A stretch of 64,000 nucleotides of DNA from Ramazzottius varieornatus (Eukaryota; Animalia; Tardigrada): positions 993,101 through 1,057,100 of the forward strand of contig BDGG01000005.1 in NCBI GenBank assembly GCA_001949185.1. Reading direction: 5' to 3'. Position numbers and translations under genes: made by a program. Below the pieces are notes generated by a model. The model did no database searches. It saw only the letters and a program-made list of their open reading frames with translations, and was not told where the DNA came from. Numbering within the stretch: the first letter of the stretch is position 1; every line of letters begins with the position of its first letter. This document shows positions 1-11,829 of the stretch, piece by piece.

Positions 1-890
1 TAATGAAAGCTACCACGTGAATGTCTTCCTTCTTACGATTACATACAAATAGCCTCACTTGGTCTATAGTTCTGAAGAAGGTCTGTTCTTGTTTCGTCGA
101 TCAGCTTCTTGTACTTCATCATGCCATTCAAGACCGCACGTTTTTTATCGCTAATGTAAGGCTCTGGAATGTTCAGAGGCTGAAAAGACGGGAGATTATT
201 ATACCTAAGATAGACAGTATCAGCCAAACTCTCTTTAAGCAACGCAATGTCGATCAACCCTTGGGACGGGGCTAGATCCACTTACGGGATACAGACTAGT
301 CGAAATTTCTTCGGCGTCTTTTCCGTGACTGCTGACGGATGTTATTCCAGGATGTCTCGTTGCTGATCCGGTTGGTGTAGTCGGACATGGTGCCATAGAA
401 AAGCGTTGTTCACACGTCGTGCGGTCAGAGTTTCTTACGCCAAATGAGCATGCAGGATCCACCCGTAGGTATAAGAGATTCCGCAGTCCTCATAAACAAG
501 AACTTGCTGTTCCCACTTCTAGACCTTAGGCTGAGAGGTCTCAGATCCAGTTCGGAAGTTCTGCGGTCCGCACAGTGTGACTTCCGGTTGAAGCCTTGAA
601 GCTCAAATGAAAACAAATCAAACCTCTTCCCTCAATCAACCCAGTTGAGTGTCATGTTGTTATTGATATTACGTAAGATGTTTTACACTGGACATACTAA
701 GATAAAAACTTGGTTAAGTTGGCTGTTGGTTTTCTCCACTTTTGCTTCTTCTGGATCTCGTCATTCTCGTACCCGAATCTCTCTCGCTGTTCTCTGTCTG
801 CAGTCAGCTTCTAGGTGGATCCGCAACGCTGAATCGTGGACGGTTGGAGGATACAGCCGCGCCCTAGCTCTGGAGCCACCGACGGACAGG

Positions 891-1695
891 ATGACCGAAG
901 AGGACCTGTACACGACCATCGAGGAGGCGGCCGGAAGAACGTCTCAGGATTTATCAATGGTTGGACAGAAGGCAGGCGGTCAAGATCTCAAGAACTTCAT
1001 CAAGAAGGCCTTCGTAACCAACAGGAACAGATTTGAAGACACGTACAGAAAGGTAAGCCTATTTTCGCTGCTTTCACCCGCAACCGGAAGTTGCAATACT
1101 CCCGTTTGCTTTCCTTTGGAGAATTTTCTTAGCTTTGGAGCTAAACCTTAGCTTCGGAACGATTACCGTTTGCTTTCCTTTGGAGAATTACCTTAGCTTT
1201 GGAGCTAAACCGAAGGCCAAAAAGAACAAGAAGAAAAAGTCTCCCAAAGGACTGTCCAGACGAGAAAGGAAGCTTCTGAAGGTGTATGACATCCCTAAAG
1301 AGCAGCAGAAGTACTCGTTAGTGGAGTCTCTTCACGAGCTGTGGTGCGGTTATATGGAGGAAACATTCCGTCTGTCTACCCTGCAACCTTCGCAAGTGTC
1401 AAATACACAAGAAGATTTAACCAAAGCTGATTATCATGGAGCGATGCTGAAAGTTCTGGAATCACCTAACAGCACTCTGGTGGGCCACGAAGGGATCGTC
1501 GTGAGAGAGACGAAGAACATGTTCCATATAATCAACCGCGATGATGAACTGAAGATCCTTCCTAAAAGCGTGTGTGTTTTCCAGTGTACTTGCCGCAATA
1601 CTAAAATCAAGATTTTTGGTAATAATTTCTGTGCGCGGCCAGCAGATCGGATCAAGAAGAAGTTGGGGAAACGACAGCCAATAAAAGTTCTGTAG
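891..1695 (+). CDS. POP4: Ribonuclease P/MRP subunit p29 (POP4/Rpp29); 2 exons (891-1052, ~1186-1695)
   Basis: LHELWCGYM, KADYHGAMLKV, GHEGIVVRETKNMF, LPKSVCVF and RPADRIKKK are typical Rpp29 motifs; GT donor at 1053 and in-frame AG acceptor at 1184-1185. Confidence 0.92.
1102..1211 (+). repeat. 46-bp direct duplication (1102-1147, 1166-1211; period 64) of the POP4 intron acceptor and exon start
   Basis: ccgtttgctttcctttggagaatt(tt/ac)cttagctttggagctaaacc occurs twice with 2 mismatches. Confidence 0.9.
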
Positions 1696-3145
1696 TCCTG
1701 CATTGAGCAATAATTCAATCTGCTAATTCCGCTTTAAAGACTTCCGATTTTCTTGATGTTCGAATTAATACCAAAGAGCTCGATATCGCCTTGAAAACCT
1801 ACGCATAAGTATGAGCAAAACTAGAGTTCTAGATCTGCCTTTCTTAGACGGAGTCTTGGTCAGTGGCCAACTCTGAAGAACTCGAGGGTGCTTCCGCGGA
1901 TGCTCGCGGGTGTCGGTTGACTCGGGTCGGTCATGGTACGTATAAGAGTCCGCCTCAGTTATACCTTTATCAACGCCATCACGAGCTGTTTTGGTTTTGT
2001 CTTTTTCCTCGGCCCTCATAAAATCCAGAATTCGTTTATCGCGCGAAGAGCATATCCTGCTCGTGGGTCTTTCCAGTTTTAGATGCCCTGACCATCTTGC
2101 TCGACGCACAACAGGAGCTGGGCTTCACCACTCACCAGGAAGCGCAGCGATCCAGTTTTCATCCGAAGATGGAAGAGCAGCAGCATCATCCCATGGGAGG
2201 TGGCTCTGGAAACAACACGGAAAATCAACGTAAGTACCTTCACTCTGCTGCTCGCAATAAATGTTCCACCAAGAAGCAATGCTGTGTATGATTTACTGTA
2301 GTTAGGCTGTGAACACTGATAGGAAACTTGCGTTGATTGTTTCCGGTCTGTCCATGTTTCATGTTCTGGCTGGAGTAAGCGTTCTCTATGGAAATCAGCA
2401 TTCGTGACTGCGTGAAAGGCTTGCTTGAGGTTTTACGCAGGTAATAAAGTCTCGTTTTCTAGCTTGTTCCATGCGAGACATCGGGCTGGAATGTGCGGTT
2501 GTCTGGATGAAGTAGAGAAGCAATCACGGTGGCGGAATATTAGCAGGGGAAGATAGGTTATCAGGGCTCTGTTATCGAACAATTTCGAAGACTTTGGAGT
2601 TGTTATCATGCAGTTGTGAGTTTCGTTTACTCTCCCGATTTGTAGGGTTGCTCATCAGGCAAACTGTTAAGCTCGTGAAAGTGTTTCAGTCACACAACAA
2701 TGGACACTCGAGTGCTTTGCAAAGCGCAAACACCGCTTTCAAGTTCGACTTCCTTCTTCCCATTAAGTGCTGTAGATTGATGTCGTCATACTGTACGTCA
2801 GCTATCCGATTAGTGTTGGGTTGCTGTAAATCAGCCCGACGTGATGACATAGTGCGCTACTTGTGCGTGATCTGGCGTAGTTCAGTTGCTGATTGACTTG
2901 ATTAGCTTCCGTCACTCTTCAAAATTTGGTGATCACGCCATCGCGATGAGTGCCAAGAAGGGCAATCGTTTCGTCCGAATTTCTGAAAGTGTCAGCCTGT
3001 TCACATCTTGCCAAGGTTGGGAGATGGCTCCAAGTTTTTGGGACAGTTCCCTCATGCCATGAGGCTCATGGTATGGTTTATGTTGCAGATAAACGGGATC
3101 TGAATGTTGATGTAGATGTCTTGGACTCGTCGTTGTCAAGTCACA

Positions 3146-6100
3146 TGGATCACCAAGAGTCGGTCCACATTAACATGGAGGCTCCACCGAATGACAAGGA
3201 GCAAGACGCAAAGACCGCTCCAACCAGCAAGTTTAACCTGCTGAAGAAGTTCAAGTCCAAGAGTTTCCTGATAAAGAAGCCCAAACCTGAAGCAGACAAC
3301 GCTGCCAATCTGACCACTAATGCTGACTCTAACGCTGGTCCCGATGCGAATCAAGACGAAGCAAACCTTGAGAAGAAGTTTGTGGAAAACGTTCCGGAAG
3401 AACTTTTCTGCGTATGGTCATTTCATTTCTTTCCCTGGCTTACAGGCGCGGTCTGTTTGCTCAAGGCGGACGAAGTCGAAGCTTCCCGAATCTCGGGCAG
3501 ATCATGGCTACCAAACTGAACGCTCTCAAAGAACTTCGAAACCATCACGAGGCGACGGAGGTCCCTCATCCTCTATCTCCCGGTGTGGAACTTTTCAGAT
3601 GTATGTTTATTTCTGATCAGCTTATTAGCTGTTTCGCTTTTAGTAGAAGCTGGTAAAGTGGAGTTTCCTGACATGATCAACTCACCGCCTCCTGGTGCCT
3701 CGGTTCCTCCCAATACGTCGAGCTCCGCGTGGGACTTTGAACCAATAAGCTTCCAGTCCGCTCTCACCGTTTCTACTGCGTCGTCCGGAAGTAAGAAGCT
3801 GGTCTTCGAAAGCCCTGGGCTGACTCCACCCAAGACCGCAGCCAGCGAGAAGCCGAGCGACGAACCCGCGGTAGAACAACCCAAAGACCTTACCGAACTG
3901 GCTGAAGCTGCCGAGAGCGCAAAGGGTACAATCCAGGTGAGCAAACGTAATAATACTCGAACAGGAAACTTAGTGTGGATAATCCCACGGCACACCTTTA
4001 ATACTTTTTAAAGATGATTGAATTTCCTTACCTCAGGAATTAGGCTGGATCAATTTTCTGGTGGACTGATTTTTCTGGATTTTCGTCACGGTCGATGCTA
4101 AGCTCTGGGAAAGTTGGGCTAAATGGCGCGATTAAGTACATCGCCAACGATGCCTAAAACACTGCAAAAAATTCTACCTGCTAGTAGGAGGCTCGAGGGA
4201 GGCCGGCAAGGTTCTTGATGGTTCTCTTCCCTTCATGGAGTGTGTGTAGGTTTCTGGGCAAACACTACTGTGGTGTGTGATGGAGACCAGTTGAAGTGGA
4301 AATTTTCTGTCAATTACCGGGCCGCTGTCGGCTCTCAAAGTGACACGGGAGTAGTTTAGATTACTCGTTTGAGTTTCGGCGTGCTTATCATAAGTGAGCA
4401 AGGAGGTGCGATGCATTATAAAGGAGGCATGTAGGCTTGCTGAAACGATTAACGACCACTGAGAGCTTCATGGAGGCCTCCTTTGGTCTTCCATCAGTTT
4501 CAGGGAGAGATCATCAATGGAAAGTCCCGTCGCGATCGATAGGCCAGCTAGATCAATACGAACATACATATCGTTGTTTTGCGTCAGTATCTGTCGAGGT
4601 CCTCCGCGACTGAAGGTCGGCATACGCGGCCAGAAAGCCCTTATGTTATGGTTAGTTTTACGAACTAGCGTGTGTATTTCACAAAATTGATGGCTTACAC
4701 AGTACAATACTCGAAAGCCTTAACAAGTTAACCACGCCCTTATGCAAACAAAAAAGCCGAATGCGCATTGCAGCCAGTCTTTTTCTTTCGGGGTCCGCGA
4801 CAGAAAACGTTTATACTATTGCGTTGCTTAATCTGGTCAGTTTTCCTTGCGCGTAGAATCATCTTGACTTGAGACAGCCGGCAAACCTTTTCCTTCCCTG
4901 TAACTTACGGATTCGGCACCTAATCGATTCTGTTTTCTGTGGGATTAGCATCGGTGTAAGCAGCTGGTTTTAATGACGGGATTTCCTCCCCCATTTGACG
5001 TGCGCAACATCGATGTGGACCGTCTTACTGATGTCGATTGATGATTACTGGCTGAGATAGAATTTTTTTCTTCTCGTTAATGCGTCTGAACCGGATTACC
5101 AATTTTTCGCCTTCATCTTGTCACACTGATATCGCGTGATCAATCGAATGTTGGGACTTCTTCCGGACGAGGAGCTTATGCTGTTATGCGAAGCGTGATG
5201 GCTCGCTTAACCCCAAAAACAAAGCCGGAAAATCGCTTCCGTTAACATTATTATTCAGGGAACTTTTGTGTCTGACTTTCTGGCTGGGAAAGACTTTTGG
5301 CTTGGCGGATTGCATGTTTGTGCACCGCCTTTTCTTCTTCGTGGAATTCCTTTGCTACAATGAAGAGCTTTCTTCGATCGTATGGCTCGCATAAGAACAA
5401 GAAAACCATCGTCGAAATTGAAGACGAGGCGGAATCGGAAGAAAAGCGGGTAACTCGATCTTTCTTTCCTTTATTGCAAACACAACTCAACATTGCCTTT
5501 GAGTAGAATGTTAATTACTGCATGTTTTTACCAGAATGCTTCCAACTCCTGCTTTCGTCTCCCTAGTCCTCGCTCGCCCTTTTCGAAACGTAAATTCGTT
5601 AAGCATCGCTCCGAAGCTGCAATTAACCCTTGCGTTAGCGAACGTCGGTCTTCCACATACTCCTGGCAGCGAAGTGCTAGGGGAGAACAGACTACAACTT
5701 CCGGTGGGGCTATTCGAGAAGAGAATGGCTTTGCTGAATCAGAGCCATCTGTGGGTTCTCTGCATGGCGATAAAGCCGTTGAGTCGACGGAACCTGCGGC
5801 TGCTCTTTCCGATTCTTCTGCCAAGACAATGAATGTCACTTCGTCGACAGCTGAAGAGGTGCTCTTTCGGTCGATGTGAGGTGCTTATTTCCGTTTCTAT
5901 ATTGCGTTACGGGTGCCGAACTTAATTCCTTCATGTCGCTTGAGTGCACCGAATATTGACTTTTGCGCGCAAACTTAAGTGACATTCCACACATTACCTC
6001 TGGGCATTTTACTTGATTGTTATTATTAAACATCTACAGTCAATTATCACTACTGATTAATTTTCCAATATTTTCTCTCGAATCGCGTGCACTTCCTCCT

Positions 6101-9100
6101 TCATTTCCGGTGTCTGCTCGGCTGGCTTGCTAGATAATCTATTCAGGGTCCTCTTTTCTATTATTGACATGTTGCTTTCGTTTTTGTTCTGAAATGTGGA
6201 GGTCGCGAAGGAGGAATACATTTAGGGAAAATACACTAGGGAGAAGTTCCCCCGTGCAAGGAACGTTGCTCGGTGGCTTATCTCAGTTACTACAAAATGC
6301 AGAGTGCATGCTTGACTGGGTTGGTTGGGTTGCCTCTCCGTTTCTCGTCCAAACAAACCATCCGCAAGTCTGGCTTGCCTGATAGATAATTATTAGTGCG
6401 GAAAACGGAAAACGTGAGACGTCAGCAAATGACTTGAACATAACCGTTATTCCAATTGGCGCACACTTTGAGCCAATAACAATGCCAACGTGCGTCACTT
6501 GAGATACTGATTTGCTGGCGCACCATTTTTTTGTTGAGTAAACGCTCTTCGTTAGTTTATTCGTGTGTTTCTGCTTTCTTAGAATAAGTTCTTGGAAGGC
6601 AAGCCGGAGCCTCCAGCTCGCACCGTTGGAGTGACCAAAGGTAAAGCATGGGTCAACAGTGTCACCATTTTCCTGTACGAAGCCAAGCATCTGCCCGCCA
6701 TGGACACCAACGGTCTCAGCGACCCTTTCTGCAAGTTCAAGCTGGGCGCCGAAAAGTACAAGTCGCGCACGGTCCACAAGTCACTCAACCCTCGATGGAT
6801 GGAGCAGTTCGTCCTGTATATTTACGAGTCGGACAGTCGCAAGCTGAACATCACCGTGTGGGACTGGGACCGCGGTATAAAGAATGATTTCATCGGCAAG
6901 ACCACGCTGGACTTGGACACGCTGGAGAGCGAGAAGCTGCACGACTTGTGGCTGGAAATTGATGATGACCACGGTGCACAAAATACCCTTCTCTTTCAGT
7001 GATTTCAGGAACTCGAAAATAATGAAGGTTTTTTTGCTCCCAGGTGCGCCTTGTGGCAGTGTTCACTTGTCGGTCATGATCAGCGGTAAAAAGTTGATCT
7101 CTGCAGCGGGAAAGACGGGCAAGGAGGGGGAGGTGACCAAAGAAGAAGTTGACGCTGCGTTGATAGACAAGTATGGCTTGAAGAACACGATGAAGTGCAT
7201 GGGCGATGTCGGAACGGTAACCGTTAAGGTAAAAGAGATTTTTTGGAACAATTGGGTGAACTTCGACAAAAAGTGAGTAATTCAGGGGATCGAACCAAGG
7301 CGGCCCAGTATCGTAGGGTTAGTCTGGTGGTTTGCCACTGTGCGGACAAATTTTCGCCGAGTCATGAATCAGGTGTATACGGTGGGAACATGAAAACCGA
7401 AATAATAGGAATTTGGATTTCGATTAGGTCTTTCGGGGATATGGTTTGCGCGCGGCTGATTTGAACGGGAAGAGTGATCCGTACTGTGTGTTGCAACTGG
7501 TGAATGCGCGTATGCAGACACAAGTGGAGCTCAAGACACTGGATCCCGAATGGAACCGCGAGTTTACATTTCCTGTCAACGACATCCACGCTGTGTTGGA
7601 TGTGACAGTCTATGACATGGATCAAGATAAAAAGTCGGATTTCCTGGGTCGTATCGCGGTGCCCCTGCTGAAAATCCATAATCGAGAGCGACGCTGGTAC
7701 GCCTTGAAGGATCAGAACTTAATTGGCCGTACCAAGGGATCGATCCTGCTGGAAATGGATATGCTGTACAATCCGGTCCGCGCTGCTGTACGGACCTTCA
7801 AACCCAGAGAAGCTCGTCTGAACCAAGAAGAAACGAAATTCCGCCGTCAGGTAAATTAATGAGAAATGATAATGTAAAAACCGGTCAAAAAATCGATCAT
7901 TTTTCAAACTACGCACGCGTCAAGCCAACCATACTGAAAACATGCGCCGGTTGGGAAAACAATCTTGTCGGGTGTATTTGCCGAACTCCCAATTTTTCTT
8001 ACTTATTTGACTGTATCAATTTTGTTTCAGGTATTGCTTCGAAATGTCCATCGAATGCGAAGTATCGCCGCTCCGTTTGGTGAAATGGCTCAGTTTGCCC
8101 GTAGTTGTCTTCAGTGGGAATCCAGAAGCCGCTCAATTACAGCCTTCTTCGTTTACATGCTTTCTGTATACTTTTTCGAGTTGTGGATGGCTCCGGTTGC
8201 CCTCCTAGGTATCTTCCTGAAGCACTATGTCAAGCAGCAGCTCGTCCAGACAACTTACGCCCGCGATCCTCACCATGACGAACTGATGGAGTACGACGAC
8301 GTCGTGCTAGAGGAGGACGAAGACTGGATGGAAGAAGACCCCAACAAACTTCCGTCGGTCGTCAACAAGATGGGGAGCAGCAACAACATCGTCCACAAGG
8401 TGAGCTCTTCTTGTGTACTTTCCACCATTCCCTAACATCTTTTAAAACATAAATGAAAGGCAAAGAACTGAACAGCCTAGTAAGCGCGCCCAACTGACAA
8501 CGGTCACCAACCTGCGTACATAAATCAACGTGTATGTAGACGTCTTGGCGTATGGTGGCTGGCGACTGTCAGTAGACTGAATACATAATGAACTGTATAG
8601 CCCATAGAAGAAAAAATGTATGCATGCGCAGAGTAAGCGACATGACGAAGCAACGGTGACCGTCATCAAGCTGCATACATCGTGGTGAGTATTGGCACGG
8701 TGCGATCGTATGCAAGTGGACAGAAACTGGGCCTTCTTGTTCTCCGATATCTAGAGTACCATCTTATGTTTCTGTTTGGAAGTTTGAAGTTGTTTTTGCA
8801 GGTTAAATTGGCTCAAGAACAGCTTCGTCTGGTCCAGAATCTTTTGGGTTTTGCCGCGGACTTGTGCGAGCGCATGCAGAACACGGTGGCGTTCGCGGTT
8901 CCCTGGTTGTCTCACTTAGCCGTCATCATCCTGGCCGTTGTAGCTGTCGTTTTGTACTTCGTTCCGTTACGTGCCATCCTCTTGATTTATGGCGTTCACA
9001 AGTTCACAAAGAAGTTGCGGAAGCCCCATAGTCTGGGCAACAATGAGCTGCTGGATTTCATGAGTCGCGTCTATACAGTAGAAGAAGTCAAGCAATACCG

Positions 9101-9263
9101 CGAGTTCCGTCCCCGTGAAGTTCCCGGCTTTGTCCCCAACCGCCAAGTGCGTGAGGCTGTCGAAGAAGATACCCCGTCGTCCGGTGAAACCAACGGTCCG
9201 GCTAAACTCTTCCATCGTGCTAGCACAAAGATTCGACTGAACCCACCACAGAGATTCGACTGA
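3146..9263 (+). CDS. MCTP: Multiple C2 and transmembrane domain protein (MCTP); core exons ~5535-5858, 6583-6973, 7044-7228, 7428-7850, 8031-8399, 8802-9263; 5' exons (3.1-3.9 kb, 5.36 kb) uncertain
   Basis: C2 motifs AMDTNGLSDPFCKFKLG...WDWD and AADLNGKSDPYC...VYDMDQDKKSDFLG; YNPVRAAVRTF; C-terminal TM region PWLS...LYFVPLR...GVHKFTKKL...NNELLDFMSRV. Confidence 0.9.
6454..6500. repeat. Palindromic N25 element copy 1 (MCTP intron); arms extend ~40 bp each side
   Basis: aattggcgcac-N25-gtgcgtcactt; left arm gacgtcagcaaatgacttgaac. Confidence 0.85.
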
Positions 9264-10042
9264 ACCTGCCTTAGATTTCCTGTGCTTTTTTCCCCTAGAG
9301 CCTTTTGTGAACTGAGTTTCTCCATGTTTTAACAGTCCAACTTCTACCAAAGCACACGATAAATTTCTCGAAAATTTCTCCCATGTTAGATTTTATTCAA
9401 GAGGAGTTTTCGAGGGCTGCCGTCTTTCGTTCCCTAATAATGGATTAATTTTTAATTTTATCTTGTCTAACTTGCCGGTTCTTCCGCATTTTCCGAGTTC
9501 AGCTTTCACTAATCAACTCTGACGGTGAATAAAAGAAGAGTTTAATTATCAAACTGAAATTTCTAAATATGGAACTTGATTGAAACTACGTATGGCTGGC
9601 GTATGGGTGTTTAATTCTCCAGCCGCATTTTCCACATGCTTTCTGTGCTTTGCATAATTATATACATCTACTTTCAAGTTCAATCCACTGCGTTGCGGCG
9701 ACCCAGCTCTTCAGTCTTGCTGATGATATCTCTGACGAGACTAATGAAGTGGTTGTCACAGACTGTGACACTCGACAGCAAGGCCCTCGAGACCTGCCAA
9801 CAGCGAAAGGAAGTGCGAGTCCTTCTGATTATACCCCAGCTTATCGCTAACGAGCGGTGCCACTTCGGAACCAACGTAGCATGGCCTTGCTAGCAGGAGC
9901 TTCCTCGGCTACAGATACCACGTCGTACATAAAAAGTCTGCGAGATCCACCGCACCATCACACTGTCACTTTACGTATCGTACTGTAATCTGCCGGTTCC
10001 AAGTTTATTCTACCTGTAAAAGTTCAGACGACAGCAATCGCG

Positions 10043-10432
10043 ATGGAGTCCACGTTTCTGTGTGCTGTTATTTTCGCGATGGCGATTGCTTTGGCGCGTG
10101 AGTACAGTTTCCTTGACGTTGACGCGAAAAGAGCAGTAGCTATGATGTGGTAATTACATCTTGCGAGTCTAATGTCGGATCTTACAGAATGCGCACCGGT
10201 TGAGCGGGGAAGGCGAGGAGCTCTGGGCGGAGCCGCACTGGGAGCTGGAGCAGGCGCACTAGCAGCAGGACCGGTTGGTGCCGTCGTAGGCGGAGTGGTC
10301 GGCGCGATAGCGGGAGAAAAAATCAAGGACGCCCAAAAGGATGCGGCCAACGCCAACGCAGCCGCCCATGCTGGAGGCAACACCCATGCTTTGGCACCGG
10401 CGGCCAACAGCCAGGGTGCTGCAACCGGATAA
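10043..10432 (+). CDS. Small secreted glycine-zipper peptide precursor (99 aa; exons 10043-10097, 10188-10432)
   Basis: Signal-like MESTFLCAVIFAMAIALA, phase-1 GT-AG intron, RGRR basic cleavage site, then GALGGAALGAGAGALAAGPVGAVVGGVVGAIAG. Confidence 0.75.
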
Positions 10433-11255
10433 CCTATCGAAGAGCGGTCTTCTGTTCCCTCATGGCTCCACAAAGAAATCAAACCTTCAAGATTCATTGT
10501 CGATCCATACTAGAAAAAAAAACAACTGTCGTTTGACTTACTTCTCAAGGTTTAAACATGTGTAATTCGGCTTCGGATGATTGAGCTTCCGAACCTCATC
10601 AAACGTTTTGTAAAACTTCAAGCAAAATTCAATCTGGAAACAAATCTACGACAGGCGTGAGACGTCCCTAACAGGCTAGCTGGGTTGTTGCTCGCAGGGT
10701 AAAGTATAAATTCCGCCGCGGAATAATGTCATCTGAACCCATCATTTTCTGACCATTCATCCATTTTCGGCTCCATCACGATTAGCGAAGATGGGAATAG
10801 ATGTTGGCGGAAATCTGAAAAGCCCATTGGACGCACTGCCCATCTTGATCATTGTGGCCATCATGCCTCTAGCAATGCATGTGTAAATGCTTGGTTATTC
10901 CCACTATCGCGCCAAGCGCGCCCATCAGTATCAAAGCCAACCAGTAGTTGTGCAGCAGGATGACGCAAAGAAAAACGGGCCCGTGGAGACCGCAGTCTAA
11001 ACTCCCTAACCACAACCTAATTATGAGTTAGGGTTCCGCAGTTGGGCAATCGCCCGGAAAAACGCGTTTCATTCTCGTCATCCTCCCCGTTCTCGGTCCT
11101 GTTAAAGGGTCTGTTAAAGACAATGTTAGGAGTGAAGTGAATAGCCCCAGCTCAGGCCCATGTTTCAGTACAGTTTTGCAAACTTCAGAACCATCAATAC
11201 CGCAATCGGATACCATGAGCGAATGGTTGAACTAGCAGTTCTTGTGATCGAATAT

Positions 11256-11649
11256 TTTTTTCTTCCAAGCGGGGCGGAGTTGTGCGATATAAAACTGAAC
11301 ACAGTTAAAGTTGAGGCCACAATTTGATGGCTTGAAGTCGAGACGAATTTCAAATGCATCTATGCTTCTTCGCACTGCCAACAATTTCGCCGACAGGACG
11401 TGTGTCGGCCACCTTCCTTTTCCGAGATATTTCCCAACTACAGCCCAAAATTAAAAATCTGACTTTAAATTGAAGAATCAGAACCTGTGAGCAAGATCGC
11501 CACATGTCCTATCGGCGACATTGCTGCGGTGGCAAGAAGCATAGATTGCATTTTGAAATTCGTCTCTACGTCAAGCCGTCAAATTGTGGTCTCAATATTA
11601 GACGTGTTCAGTTTCATATCTCACAACTCCGCCCCGCTCGAAATAAAAA
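11256..11649. repeat. Fold-back/MITE-like inverted repeat: ~150-bp arms (11256-11408, 11498-11649) with ~90-bp spacer
   Basis: Arms are imperfect reverse complements (gcggggcggagttgtgcgatat / atatctcacaactccgccccgc); mirrored short ORFs on both strands. Confidence 0.8.
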
Positions 11650-11829
11650 GGTGTTTTCCCAAGCCGCAGACGCTTTCTTACAACTTGTGATGTACTATAG
11701 TATAATGAAACTAGATACCGAAATCTACGAAATACTACCCCATGGTCTCTATGAAACTAAGGAGCATTAGTAAATACTGGAAGCAGGATGAGTGCGAACA
11801 AAGTTGCAGAGCCAGAAACTCACCGTCAC

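Noticed and set aside
21-616. Short ORFs at the window start (e.g. 39-281 minus)
   Set aside because: No recognisable motif and truncated context; cannot support a call
1765-2291. 114-aa minus ORF and possible small plus-strand exon (MEEQQHH...)
   Set aside because: No homology recognised and no confident splice path
9223-9267. Short tandem duplication (agattcgactgaacc x2) at the MCTP stop
   Set aside because: Small slippage-type duplication affecting only the last residues
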